Shown piece after piece: positions 1-8,734 of a DNA stretch of 64,000 nucleotides; the first letter of the stretch is position 1, and every line of letters begins with the position of its first letter. The stretch spans positions 181,981 to 245,980 of the forward strand of contig JANJUX010000033.1 of NCBI GenBank assembly GCA_024710355.1. The letters run 5' to 3'. This DNA comes from Candidatus Rifleibacteriota bacterium (lineage in GTDB: Bacteria; Muiribacteriota; Ozemobacteria; Ozemobacterales; Ozemobacteraceae). The position numbers and the translations under genes were made by a program. A model generated the notes under the pieces. The model was not told where the DNA came from. It searched no databases and worked only from the letters and a program-made list of their open reading frames with translations.

Positions 1-1120
1 CCATGGCAATACCGGCCACCAGTCTTGCCTGATCTACCGGGTCTTTCAGAGCCGCGCCCTGATTGTAGATATCGAGAAAAGACTTGTAGGACTCGGGTGA
101 AAGCACCGATTTCAGCTGCATCAGATGCTGACCGAAGCCGGGAAAGTCGCGGTTGTAGACGAGAACCAGACTGTTGAGAATCTGAACTTCGAGAAAGCGA
201 CGTGAATCTTTGGCGGCACGGGCGAGTTCTTCGGCTTTCATCAGGCTGACTGCGGCAGCACGGGTATCGTCGCTTTCAAGCTGGTATCTTGCCTGTTCAA
301 GGTTGACGAGTAGTGAATCCTTTGCCAGAACGAGGTATGATTCAAGATCGAATGCGGCAACATCCTTTTTAGCGGGCAAGGGTGCCTGACGGGCAACGGC
401 AGCCGGTTTTTGCACATTTACCATACGGCCGTCAACAAAAGCCTGCGGTGCAAACTGCTGAACCTGCGGTGCGGCAACTCCTGCAGGTGCTGCCGCCTTT
501 TCGACCGGAACGACAGCTTTTGCAGCGGCAGCCTGGTTTTTTGGCGCGACCGGCAGCGACTGCAGATTCTGGGGCGAAGTCTGAGCGGCCCTGACTGTCT
601 GAATCGCCTGTTTTTGATGTTTTGCTTTTACCGGTGCTGCTGCAATTTTCTTATTCTGGGGCACTGCATTTACTGCAGCATTGTTAACCGGAGCCATACC
701 AATTTCCTGCAACAGCTGCTGAGCACGTTCGTGCCCCGGCTGCACTCTAAGGATCCACTCCAGATGGGTGCGGGCTTCTGTCGGCTGGTTCAGGCGCACC
801 AGATTTTCGGCCAGGTATACCCTGGCAATGATATTGCTCGGTGAGTTCTGCAAAACCGCCTGAAACTGGCTGTGGCTTTCAGAATATTTATTCAACGAGA
901 ACAGCGCCTGGCCATAACGAAATCTTGAACGCAGATCTTCAGGCACATATTTGAGAGCCTGCGCAAAATTCTCGGCAGCGGCGGTAAAATTGCGGGCCGC
1001 GAAGGCGGTTTCCCCGGCTGAGAAATGGCTGTTAAAATCGGCGGCTGCCTGACCCGGCATGCACGAGCCGAGCATTAACAGAGATGAGAGAAAAGCGCTT
1101 TTGATCATGCCTTTCTGCAT
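1..1120 (-). CDS. TPR-repeat lipoprotein (3' end outside window)
   Basis: Minus-strand ORF from ATG at 1120 (GGAGG RBS upstream) open to window edge; N-terminus MQKGMIKSAFLSSLLMLGSC is lipoprotein-signal-like; TPR-like helical repeats (AxxFxxAxxNFxxALKY...). Confidence 0.6.
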   Translation of the reverse strand, partial: MQKGMIKSAFLSSLLMLGSCMPGQAAADFNSHFSAGETAFAARNFTAAAENFAQALKYVPEDLRSRFRYGQALFSLNKYSESHSQFQAVLQNSPSNIIARVYLAENLVRLNQPTEARTHLEWILRVQPGHERAQQLLQEIGMAPVNNAAVNAVPQNKKIAAAPVKAKHQKQAIQTVRAAQTSPQNLQSLPVAPKNQAAAAKAVVPVEKAAAPAGVAAPQVQQFAPQAFVDGRMVNVQKPAAVARQAPLPAKKDVAAFDLESYLVLAKDSLLVNLEQARYQLESDDTRAAAVSLMKAEELARAAKDSRRFLEVQILNSLVLVYNRDFPGFGQHLMQLKSVLSPESYKSFLDIYNQGAALKDPVDQARLVAGIAM

Positions 1121-1204
1121 GGTATGTGCCTCCGAAAATATAATCTGCAAGGACTATCGGCAGATGGCGGCAAAAAAAAAAGGGTGCCCCGGAAAAACCA
1201 TCTA

Positions 1205-1231
1205 TAAACTTTTAAGCAAAAGTGACGATAA
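1205..1231 (+). promoter_or_regulatory. sigma-28 (FliA)-type promoter, TAAA-N15-GACGATAA
   Basis: TAAA at 1205-1208, 15-nt spacer, GACGATAA at 1224-1231 matches the sigma28 consensus TAAA-N15-GCCGATAA with 1 mismatch; ~60 nt upstream of flgM-like start. Confidence 0.5.
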
Positions 1232-1291
1232 TTAAATTGGGATAAGGGAAAAATATGCCTTTTTAACAAGGAAGTTACAAGGGAGTTTAAT

Positions 1292-1777
1292 ATGGTTGAT
1301 TCCATTCAGGGGCCTGGTAAGAGAATAATTATAACTACCAAACCCAAGGCCAAAGAGTCTGTTGACAAAAAAAGTTCGTTTGATGAAGCTCTGAAAGACA
1401 AATCAGAGACCACTTCACGGGCTGGACACGCTCCGATCGGGAGCCCGGCGCAGAACAACCTCAAAATTCTGCAGCAGCAGCAGCTTTTACACATGCAGCG
1501 CCTGCAAGAAATCTCCAAGCAGGTTCAGGACGGCACCTATAGGATGGTTGACCCGGCAGTGCTCGCCGAGAAGATCTATCAGGTAATCGCCGACAAGCCG
1601 ACACGCGAAAAGTTCATCAAAAAGATGCTGCAGGAAGAAGCCGAACGCATACCGGCCAAGGATCGCGGCAAGATGACCGATCTCGAACTGAAAAAGCTCG
1701 TGTTCATGATCAAAGAATCACAGGACGAGCCATTCGACGACCCAGAACTCGAAGAAATGCTGAAGAGTCTCGCCTAG
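1292..1777 (+). CDS. flgM: FlgM-family anti-sigma-28 factor with C-terminal extension
   Basis: Core LQEISKQVQDGTYRMVDPAVLAEKIYQVI resembles FlgM C-terminal motif (I..AI..G.Y.VD...IA.K..); AAGGGAG RBS; preceded by sigma28-like promoter. Confidence 0.5.
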   Translation: MVDSIQGPGKRIIITTKPKAKESVDKKSSFDEALKDKSETTSRAGHAPIGSPAQNNLKILQQQQLLHMQRLQEISKQVQDGTYRMVDPAVLAEKIYQVIADKPTREKFIKKMLQEEAERIPAKDRGKMTDLELKKLVFMIKESQDEPFDDPELEEMLKSLA

Positions 1778-1783
1778 CGGCGA

Positions 1784-3454
1784 TTATTCTTCATGCACTG
1801 AAATCAGCAGCTTTTCAGGCTGAACGAATTCGTCAGGAAAACCCGGAACATTTCCCTGCAGCTCTGCAAGGGTGTTTCCGGGTTTTTCTGTCAAACGCAG
1901 CAATTCTGCCGGCGGCAGATGCAGGCCCTTGAGAGTCTGGTTTTTAAAACTGAACTCCCGGGCCATATATTTTTTATTGAGAAACGCGCGACCAATGGTA
2001 ACCGGCACGCTGTCACCCTCGTAAACCATCATCAGAACAGCATTACCCGTCTGAGAAAAGACAATACGACCTGTCAGATCGCCTTTGATATTAAGCTTTT
2101 TCTGAAATTCGTCTTCGCTGATCGTCTCACCAAGCATCCCGGCTTCTTCATTGATCTGCAGACTTTCAAACCCGGCAGCAAAGTCAGCTGGAGTAACAAG
2201 CTCGGATGGAGACAGCTCCACACCGGCAATATAAAGATTGCCGGAACTGTCAGCATGCATTGCCTGTACCGGGAGCTCAGGAACAATAGTTTTTAAGTAG
2301 CTTGCCTTTGAAATACCGTTTTCATTGAGACTGAAGCAGTAAATCTTCTTCTCTGGAGCTGAATAAATAAAAGCTCTTGTCTGGCGACCCTCTTCGACAT
2401 TGCAGAAAACTGCCAGCGAACATTCAGAACCCGTCTGCTCAATGTTGTTTTCGCGCAACCAGTCGTGCAGAACATCGGTTCCGACTACATAGATGCGTCT
2501 TGAACTGCCAGAAACATTCATGCCGACAAAGCGTGACAATGGTGCTTTCGAGGCTATAGTCGGCTGAAAAATGCTTGGCTCGCCATTAATAAAGAAGGCA
2601 CCCGCATCTTTACCCGTCCAGGTGTGAACCAGCAGACTGCCTTCACCGATTGCACCCGAGCGATCGTGGTAACACGCAAATCCCGGAACACTTTCCATTG
2701 CTGCCTGGTTGTCGACCTCAGGAAGTATTTCCATGGCACCGTCGACTGCGGCCCTGAAAAACCTTCGGCTGATTCCCTTGCCGGCTTTTCGTTCAAATAC
2801 CCTGCCCGGAATGAATCCACGCCAGATTGATTCCTGGCAGAAAAAGTTCTGCTCCTGCCAGCAGTCGTAAAAGATCTTGTATGACTCAGAAGCCGGCTGT
2901 TCAACAGGAAACCAGGTCTGATACCAGCTGCCATTAGGTAATTTATACCAGCTACGACCTTCGACCGGTGCATATTCGCCTTCAGACAAACCCGTTCGTG
3001 CGATGCCGTCACTTACCGGGTGCCCCGGCCCAGCACTGAATGGGGCTCCCGCTGGCCGAAAAACCGGCTGACCATCAGCACCGGCAACGAGACTGCTTCT
3101 CTGGTCCTGGTGCTGTGAATGCCCGTGTCTGCCACGATCAGCGTCTACGGCCAGTCCATCGAAAACCTGCCGATAAATATGGCCGGGCATTCTGACAAAT
3201 TCGCCCTCACGCACAAGATTTACAAACCGGTAATTGCGCAATTTATCGACCATAAATGCCTCTGCACCTGGATCGCACGCAAAAATAAACCCGGTTGGCA
3301 GCTGGTTCTGGTCACCGGTTGAAAGACGAAACACTTTGCCGGCATCTTTATAGCCAAGATACAGATAGCTTTCAAATGCACCAGCCGGGGCACACATGGC
3401 GGTATAAATCAGCGTTGCCGCTGTAATCAGCCTGGCAAAAGGATTGCGCATCAA
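1784..3454 (-). CDS. secreted hypothetical protein (signal peptide)
   Basis: 556-aa ORF, N-terminal hydrophobic signal (LITAATLIYTAMCAPAGA); no recognisable catalytic motif. Confidence 0.5.
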   Translation of the reverse strand: MMRNPFARLITAATLIYTAMCAPAGAFESYLYLGYKDAGKVFRLSTGDQNQLPTGFIFACDPGAEAFMVDKLRNYRFVNLVREGEFVRMPGHIYRQVFDGLAVDADRGRHGHSQHQDQRSSLVAGADGQPVFRPAGAPFSAGPGHPVSDGIARTGLSEGEYAPVEGRSWYKLPNGSWYQTWFPVEQPASESYKIFYDCWQEQNFFCQESIWRGFIPGRVFERKAGKGISRRFFRAAVDGAMEILPEVDNQAAMESVPGFACYHDRSGAIGEGSLLVHTWTGKDAGAFFINGEPSIFQPTIASKAPLSRFVGMNVSGSSRRIYVVGTDVLHDWLRENNIEQTGSECSLAVFCNVEEGRQTRAFIYSAPEKKIYCFSLNENGISKASYLKTIVPELPVQAMHADSSGNLYIAGVELSPSELVTPADFAAGFESLQINEEAGMLGETISEDEFQKKLNIKGDLTGRIVFSQTGNAVLMMVYEGDSVPVTIGRAFLNKKYMAREFSFKNQTLKGLHLPPAELLRLTEKPGNTLAELQGNVPGFPDEFVQPEKLLISVHEE

Positions 3455-3626
3455 GCACCTCTCAATCGAACAGATTTAACTAGGGAATTTTATCACAAAG
3501 TTCTGTTAAAACAAAAATACAAAATGACTCTTTGAGCAAAAGGCCCGCCACCAGTTTTACCGGCAGCAGGCCTTGCGGTTTTCGTATCATCTGGGCAGCA
3601 ACTTACTGAATACCGCCCGTCTTTAT

Positions 3627-4904
3627 TTATTTGACGCTGAAAGGATTGGTAGTTTCGGTCTTAACTTTGATATCGGCAGGTCTGCCGGTATTGGTGGCTT
3701 CAGTACCAGAAGCAGCCGTGCCGTTCTCTTCGGCGTCTTTTGCTTCGGCACGGGCTTTAAGCCAGGCTTTGGCGGCATCTGATTTGCCAATGTATTCCAT
3801 CATTTCTTTGTCCGAGAGCTTGCCAAACGTTTGTTCATCGATGATCTTCGCCATCTTTTCGATATCGCCGGGGTTCTTTTTGGCAAATTCGAGTGTCAGT
3901 GATTTGAGGCTGCGAAACAGTTTCCAGCGGGTTTTCAGGAAGGCATCAAAAACCTTGTTTTTACCACCATCGATTTCGGTGGCCATGCGGTGCATGATTA
4001 CGGCGTTGATACCTTCGACACACATTAGCTGCTCGCCGGTCAGTGTTTCTGGTTCGACGTTGGTGTAGTCGCCAGCTTTTTCTTTACTTTCAACCTTGAC
4101 CAGACTGATGTTGTTTCGCATCTGAGTGGCTTTTTCCTCGGAATCGAGCATTTCGTTGAATTCGGCCCAGCCTTCGACAAAAGCGCTGCGCGGCTTTGAC
4201 AATTCGTTGGCATAGTGAGAACCGTCTTTGCCGTATGGATGAATGAATTCTTTGATGGTGCGGTCAAATGAATGGGCAAATTCATGCACAAAGGTCGATC
4301 TGGCACTGACGTCTGAGCCAGGCCAGCTATAGCGATTGCTCGACATCTGTATGGTCGGACCGCTTGAGTAGGGCCAGAAATCATCTTTGATTTCCGGATA
4401 TTTGGCAGGATCATCGAACCCGGTTGTATCAGAGAGAATGACGTTGATTGAAGATCTGAAATTATATTGCATGCGATCTTTAACATCCTGCGACTTAGAA
4501 TGGCGATAGACAGCCAGCAGAGCTTTCTGGCCATCTGAAAGTTCAGACTCACTTTTGGCACCCATCAGCTGCAGAAGCTGTTCTTCGCTGGTCACCTTGA
4601 CGCGTTTTACATCGTAGGCAATGTTTTTGTTGTCTGAATACCAGCGTTTAGTGCCTTCACCCGGGGCATAATTGCGGGTTACGGCCTTTTCCCAGGTCTT
4701 TTTCACCAGATTGACACCGCTCTTGAGAAAGCTTTTGGTATGCCCCCACCAGCCCTCGGGTTCAGGGTCGTTTATCTGCACCACCTTTTCGATGCACTGG
4801 TAATAAAAATCGAATTCACAGTCTTTGGCAGCGGCAGAATAAGGCTGCAGGCAAAAGACAGTCGCTACAAACATCACCAGCAGCAACATTTTAATTTTTT
4901 TCAA
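3627..4904 (-). CDS. secreted HExxH zinc-metalloprotease-like protein
   Basis: 425-aa ORF with signal peptide MKKIKMLLLVMFVATVFC and HEFAH (HExxH) motif. Confidence 0.5.
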   Translation of the reverse strand: MKKIKMLLLVMFVATVFCLQPYSAAAKDCEFDFYYQCIEKVVQINDPEPEGWWGHTKSFLKSGVNLVKKTWEKAVTRNYAPGEGTKRWYSDNKNIAYDVKRVKVTSEEQLLQLMGAKSESELSDGQKALLAVYRHSKSQDVKDRMQYNFRSSINVILSDTTGFDDPAKYPEIKDDFWPYSSGPTIQMSSNRYSWPGSDVSARSTFVHEFAHSFDRTIKEFIHPYGKDGSHYANELSKPRSAFVEGWAEFNEMLDSEEKATQMRNNISLVKVESKEKAGDYTNVEPETLTGEQLMCVEGINAVIMHRMATEIDGGKNKVFDAFLKTRWKLFRSLKSLTLEFAKKNPGDIEKMAKIIDEQTFGKLSDKEMMEYIGKSDAAKAWLKARAEAKDAEENGTAASGTEATNTGRPADIKVKTETTNPFSVK

Positions 4905-5326
4905 GGTTGGCTCCTGAATTTAACGGGCCGGGCCCGGAATAAGGCAATTTTTAAAAACTTACGCATACTAGCGAAACATTTTCTAATTATACAGTCAGAC
5001 ACAAAAAACACCAGACCGGTCGATGCAAATCAGAAAGCAAACACGCCTGGCCTTTGTCACAGCAACCAGCAGCGGCTGGGTTTGCTTGTCCGGGCAATAT
5101 CGAGTTCTCCGGCATTTTCCCTCAGATAATTTATACCACTGCGAAGTGAAAAAAGTTTTTCAATTGCGGCGGGCAAAAAGGGGTACATAATTATGTAAAC
5201 CGTACAGCCGCTCAAAAAATTTATGTACACCGTCTTGACAAAAACGATTTTTATTTTTGCAATGCTTTTTTCAACGAACCTCTGAAATGCCCATAAATAG
5301 TTGTTGTCAAGAGGGTAGCTTTTTTA

Positions 5327-5388
5327 TTTTTCCACAGCATTAACATCGCTTGCAATGCTTTTCCCCAAAGTTTTCCACATTTTCCACG
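5327..5388. promoter_or_regulatory. cluster of 3-4 DnaA-box-like 9-mers (TTTTCCACA/G)
   Basis: ttttccaca at 5328-5336 and 5371-5379, ttttccacg at 5380-5388, ttttcccca at 5360-5368; same 9-mer family as the boxes upstream of dnaA. Confidence 0.4.
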
Positions 5389-5474
5389 CCAAAACAGGGT
5401 ACAGTCTGCCGCAAGATTTTTAGGCGGTGCTCCTGGCTTAAAATGCGGTTTTCAAAAGGTGCATAATTTACCAG

Positions 5475-5506
5475 ATAAAAAAAATCTGCGGTTACCCACA
5501 GATTTT
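5475..5506 (-). terminator. rho-independent terminator downstream of dnaX
   Basis: Minus-strand hairpin AAATCTG-N10-CAGATTT followed by T7 run (plus-strand A-run 5475-5483). Confidence 0.5.
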
Positions 5507-5534
5507 TCGCGCCATATTATCAGTTTTTTAATAA

Positions 5535-7319
5535 CTAATCGTCGATGCTGATTATTTCACCGCCAAAAACCTCCAGAGCGTCGGCAACAGACGGTTTTTG
5601 CAGCATTTTCTGCCGTGCCTGCTCATCGATTTTTGCTATCTGCTCAACATGACTCAACCGTACAGGCGGGGTTTCTTCACCAGACGACCCCTGAGCCCCG
5701 GCCATGCCTATTCTCACGGTATCAATGTTGCCGTACACTGCTTTTGCAGCTTCGAGAAGAATTGCGTGATTCTTCTCTTCCTTAAGCTTGCCGGCTGCAA
5801 ATGTCTGCTCCAGCAGAATTTCAAGTATCCCGTTTTCTGGCTTTTTGAAACGGGCATTTACCAGCAAAGCCTGACAAACATTGGATCTGCTGCCAACTGC
5901 GTTGCGAAATTCCGCGAAGGGGTCGGTATTTTTCGACGTTACCGTAGTCATCGGCACCACATTGTCCGGCAGATGCGTCGGCCTTGGCGTAGAAGGCGAC
6001 TGCGACGACACCAGCGTCGGGCGCGCAGATGGAGCTGAAGTCGGCTGGGTAACCGGGGCCATTGCAGGTGCCGGCCGGCCGCCACGTGCCATACCAGTGG
6101 CACCAGGTTGACCTGCCAGCCTTTTAACTGCGGCCAGCTTTTGTTCAAGCTGCTCAACCCTTTTTTCAAGCGCTTCAGAAGCAAAGATCTCGTCGCCGAG
6201 ACCGAGACGAATCAACTCTGATTCGAGCAGCACTCTGGCCTGAAGTGAGCTTCTGATTGTCATCAGAGCCCTTTCGACCCGGGTAACGGCGCCGATCAGA
6301 TAACGTGCCGACAGCTGGCCGATCTGGTTTCTGAGTTCGGCGGCCTGTTCGGCCGGAAGATCGAGAACCTGGTTCGCCTCAGGGTCGATGCGCAGTATCA
6401 TGCAGCGCCGCAGATATTCGAGCAGGTCGCGCCCGATGGTCTGTGGCTCGTAACCTCGGAAATACAGGTCGTTCAGCTGCTTGACCAGAGCGGCAAGGTC
6501 ATGCGCAAAAATGGCGCCGGCAATGGTTTTGAGCGTCGAATAGCTCAGACGCCGCGTCATTTCAAGAACCTGATCGAGGGTTATCAGCTCAGTCGAAGCC
6601 GAGGCCGAGATCTGATCAAGCAGACTGAGCGCATCGCGAAATCCGCCTTCGGCACATTCAGCGATCATCGAAAGCGCTTCGGGCTCAAAAGCCGGAAATC
6701 CGCCATCGGCGTTTTCGAGTTTGACGATCTCTTCAAGGCGGGCCTGAATGGTTCGCCGCGAGACCGAATGAAAATCGAAGCACTGGCAGCGTGAAATAAT
6801 AGTGGCCGGCACCTTCTGGGGGTCGGTGGTGGCCAGAACGAAAAGTACATTCGGAGGCGGCTCTTCAAGCGTTTTGAGAAAGGCGTTGAATGCCGAACCC
6901 GAGAGCATGTGCACTTCGTCGATGATATAAATTTTGTATTTACCCTCGGCCGGGCGGTATTTAACCTTTTCGCGCATCTGCCTGATGTCTTCAACGCTGT
7001 TGTTACTTGCCGCATCGATTTCGATGATATCCATGAAATTCATCTCTTCGATACGCCGGCAGTTATGGCAGACGCGGCAGCAGTCGGGCAGACCGCGGGC
7101 ATCTTTCTGCAGGTCAGTGCAGTTGAGAATCTTGGCAAGCAGGCGGGCGGCCGAGGTTTTACCGGTGCCGCGCGGCCCGGAAAACATATAGGCGTGGGAA
7201 ATACGATCAGAAGCGACCGCAGACTGAATGGTGCGTGAGATGTGTTCCTGGCCCGACAGTTCAGAAAAACGCTGGGGGCGATATTTGCGATACAGGTTCT
7301 GGCGGGCTGGTGCGGTCAT
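5535..7319 (-). CDS. dnaX: DNA polymerase III subunit gamma/tau
   Basis: YRKYRPQRFSELSGQEHI...GPRGTGKTSAARLLAKILNC Walker A/clamp-loader signature; zinc module CxxC..CxxC; located next to SRP RNA as in Bacillus scr-dnaX. Confidence 0.9.
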   Translation of the reverse strand: MTAPARQNLYRKYRPQRFSELSGQEHISRTIQSAVASDRISHAYMFSGPRGTGKTSAARLLAKILNCTDLQKDARGLPDCCRVCHNCRRIEEMNFMDIIEIDAASNNSVEDIRQMREKVKYRPAEGKYKIYIIDEVHMLSGSAFNAFLKTLEEPPPNVLFVLATTDPQKVPATIISRCQCFDFHSVSRRTIQARLEEIVKLENADGGFPAFEPEALSMIAECAEGGFRDALSLLDQISASASTELITLDQVLEMTRRLSYSTLKTIAGAIFAHDLAALVKQLNDLYFRGYEPQTIGRDLLEYLRRCMILRIDPEANQVLDLPAEQAAELRNQIGQLSARYLIGAVTRVERALMTIRSSLQARVLLESELIRLGLGDEIFASEALEKRVEQLEQKLAAVKRLAGQPGATGMARGGRPAPAMAPVTQPTSAPSARPTLVSSQSPSTPRPTHLPDNVVPMTTVTSKNTDPFAEFRNAVGSRSNVCQALLVNARFKKPENGILEILLEQTFAAGKLKEEKNHAILLEAAKAVYGNIDTVRIGMAGAQGSSGEETPPVRLSHVEQIAKIDEQARQKMLQKPSVADALEVFGGEIISIDD

Positions 7320-7380
7320 CTGGTTCTCCGTTCATGGGCAATCTTGCTCACCTGCAACAGGTTAACAGATTAACAGCTAA

Positions 7381-7410
7381 AAAAAAAGACCCATGTCTGG
7401 AATGGGAGAG
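7381..7410 (-). terminator. short hairpin + U8 run after SRP RNA 3' end
   Basis: Minus-strand CCCAT-N7-ATGGG then TC-TTTTTTTT (plus-strand A8 at 7381-7388); weak 5-bp stem. Confidence 0.4.
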
Positions 7411-7412
7411 AA

Positions 7413-7682
7413 GTCGTGCACCTGACTTCGAACATACGTCAATGGTACGTATCCTGAACTATAGGCTCCGGACAGGCGCTGCCACATCACCCGAAAGCGA
7501 TCGTTTACCGTTGCTACCTTCCGATCCTGGCGGAGTTCACGGACTTTCGCCGTGTGGAACCCGTCCTTCGATGCTTCTAGAACTGGCCGTTGCCACCAAC
7601 AATGCCCTCTGTCAGGAATTCGATCCGCCTGGCGGGGATTTGCGGTGGATAAGGGACCCCGAGCCCCCCATCTAGCACGACA
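7413..7682 (-). ncRNA. ffs: signal recognition particle RNA, large Bacillus-type with Alu domain
   Basis: Minus-strand 5' GUCGUGCUAGAUGGGGGGCUCGGGGUCCCU...CCGCAAAUCCCCGCCAGGCGGAUCGAAUUCC aligns with B. subtilis scRNA Alu domain; domain IV motif CCAGGAUCGGAAGGUAGCAAC; 3' end GGUGCACGAC pairs with 5' end; ~270 nt. Confidence 0.8.
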
Positions 7683-7683
7683 A

Positions 7684-7771
7684 CGGAAAGGGCGGGATTC
7701 GAACCCGCGGTGGAGTTGCCCCCACTCACGCTTTCCAGGCGTGTGCCTTAGACCAACTCAGCCACCTTTCC
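7684..7771 (-). tRNA. tRNA-Ser (anticodon GGA)
   Basis: Cloverleaf with long variable arm; acceptor GGAAAGG/CCTTTCC; anticodon loop CUGGAAA; no encoded CCA; 3' end abuts SRP RNA 5' end. Confidence 0.85.
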
Positions 7772-7806
7772 GATTGAGGGAAAATTAAAACCCTCAGAAA
7801 AGAGCA

Positions 7807-7882
7807 ACGCGCCCGAGAGGACTCGAACCTCTGGCCACCAGATCCGCAATCTGGTGCTCTATCCAAACTGAGCTACGGGCGC
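7807..7882 (-). tRNA. tRNA-Arg (anticodon GCG)
   Basis: GCGCCCGTAGCTCAGTTTGGATAGAGC...anticodon stem CCAGA/TCTGG with loop UUGCGGA...GGTTCGAGTCC T-arm; 76 nt. Confidence 0.8.
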
Positions 7883-7892
7883 AAATTCGCTT

Positions 7893-7981
7893 CGGAGAGA
7901 GGGGGATTTGAACCCCCGGTACCAGTTACCCAGTACGACAGTTTAGCAAACTGTTGGTTTAAGCCACTCACCCATCTCTCC
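7893..7981 (-). tRNA. tRNA-Ser (anticodon GCU)
   Basis: GGAGAGATGGGTGAGTGG...anticodon loop UUGCUAA, long variable arm, GGTTCAAATCC T-loop. Confidence 0.85.
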
Positions 7982-7992
7982 AGAGATGCAAT

Positions 7993-8075
7993 CGGAGGAA
8001 GTAGGATTCGAACCCACGGAGCTTTCACCCTGCGGTTTTCAAGACCGCCGCCTTAGACCACTCGGCCATTCCTCC
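7993..8075 (-). tRNA. tRNA-Ser (anticodon UGA)
   Basis: GGAGGAATGGCCGAGTGGTCTAAGGCG...anticodon loop CUUGAAA, variable arm, GGTTCGAATCC T-loop. Confidence 0.85.
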
Positions 8076-8080
8076 AGTGC

Positions 8081-8109
8081 CTTATAAAGATAGCACAGGT
8101 ACCGATCAA
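8081..8109 (-). promoter_or_regulatory. sigma70-like promoter for tRNA/SRP-RNA cluster (TTGATC-17-TATAAG)
   Basis: Minus-strand TTGATC (plus 8104-8109), 17-nt spacer, TATAAG (plus 8081-8086) ending 5 nt upstream of tRNA-Ser(UGA) 5' end. Confidence 0.45.
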
Positions 8110-8209
8110 AATCAACACTTTTTCGGCGGTTTTGTCTGACGAATCTCAACAATGTACAGCCAGTTTTTCGCAACGCCACTGCAATAAACCGCAAAAAATC
8201 CTGGTCCCG

Positions 8210-8252
8210 AAAATAAAAATTCCCGCTGTCCGTAGTTGCGGATAGCGGGAAT
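8210..8252 (-). terminator. rho-independent terminator after ftsB
   Basis: Minus-strand ATTCCCGCT-N16-AGCGGGAAT hairpin followed by TTTTTATTTT. Confidence 0.6.
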
Positions 8253-8266
8253 CTGGCTTTCCTGTC

Positions 8267-8662
8267 TCAGGGAGCTTCTGCTGCCGGTGTGGCCGGGTCT
8301 GGAGATGAAACCGGAGCCTGAGGCGCCGGGGCAGCCTGACTACCCTGTTCATTCTTTTCGTTGATCGTGTAAATCACGAGTTCTTCGGGTTTAACCAGTC
8401 CAAGGCGCTCACGCGCCAGCCTTTCGATGCCTTCGGGAGTAGAAAGCATTTCAAGATTCTGTTTCAGATGCCGGTTTTCGCGTTCGAGCGCTTCGATGCG
8501 TTCACGCAGCTCAGCCTCGCGCTGCAGCAGTGTGCGGATATTGTTGTAGCGGACAAGATAGGTTATCGACAGAGCAACACAGAATACCACCGACAGAATG
8601 AACATGATTTCTGTCGAAAACCGCACACGTTTACGTTTGACCGGCACTTTTTCTTCGTTCAT
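8267..8662 (-). CDS. ftsB: septum formation initiator FtsB/DivIC family
   Basis: 131 aa; single N-terminal TM (IMFILSVVFCVALSITYLV) followed by coiled coil (LLQREAELRERIEALERENRHLKQNLEML); Pro/Ala-rich tail. Confidence 0.65.
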   Translation of the reverse strand: MNEEKVPVKRKRVRFSTEIMFILSVVFCVALSITYLVRYNNIRTLLQREAELRERIEALERENRHLKQNLEMLSTPEGIERLARERLGLVKPEELVIYTINEKNEQGSQAAPAPQAPVSSPDPATPAAEAP

Positions 8663-8734
8663 GAACCGTTTACCCTTGCCAGAAATTTAAATGAAACGGC
8701 TGCCTCCCTGAACCAGAGAGGCAGCCCGGTTTTA

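Noticed and set aside
410-844. Cys-rich 144-aa ORF on plus strand
   Set aside because: Antisense to the TPR lipoprotein gene, which has a convincing RBS/signal peptide on the minus strand.
3537-3585. possible terminator hairpin after the metalloprotease-like gene
   Set aside because: Could not draw a convincing contiguous stem; only short GGCC/GGCC pairing with a large loop.
7235-7675. 146-aa ORF overlapping the SRP RNA locus
   Set aside because: Region is explained by a well-matching large SRP RNA on the opposite strand; no RBS.
7684-8270. checked for an integrated mobile element at the tRNA cluster
   Set aside because: No integrase, transposase, direct repeats of tRNA 3' ends or compositional shift; flanking genes are core (ftsB, dnaX).
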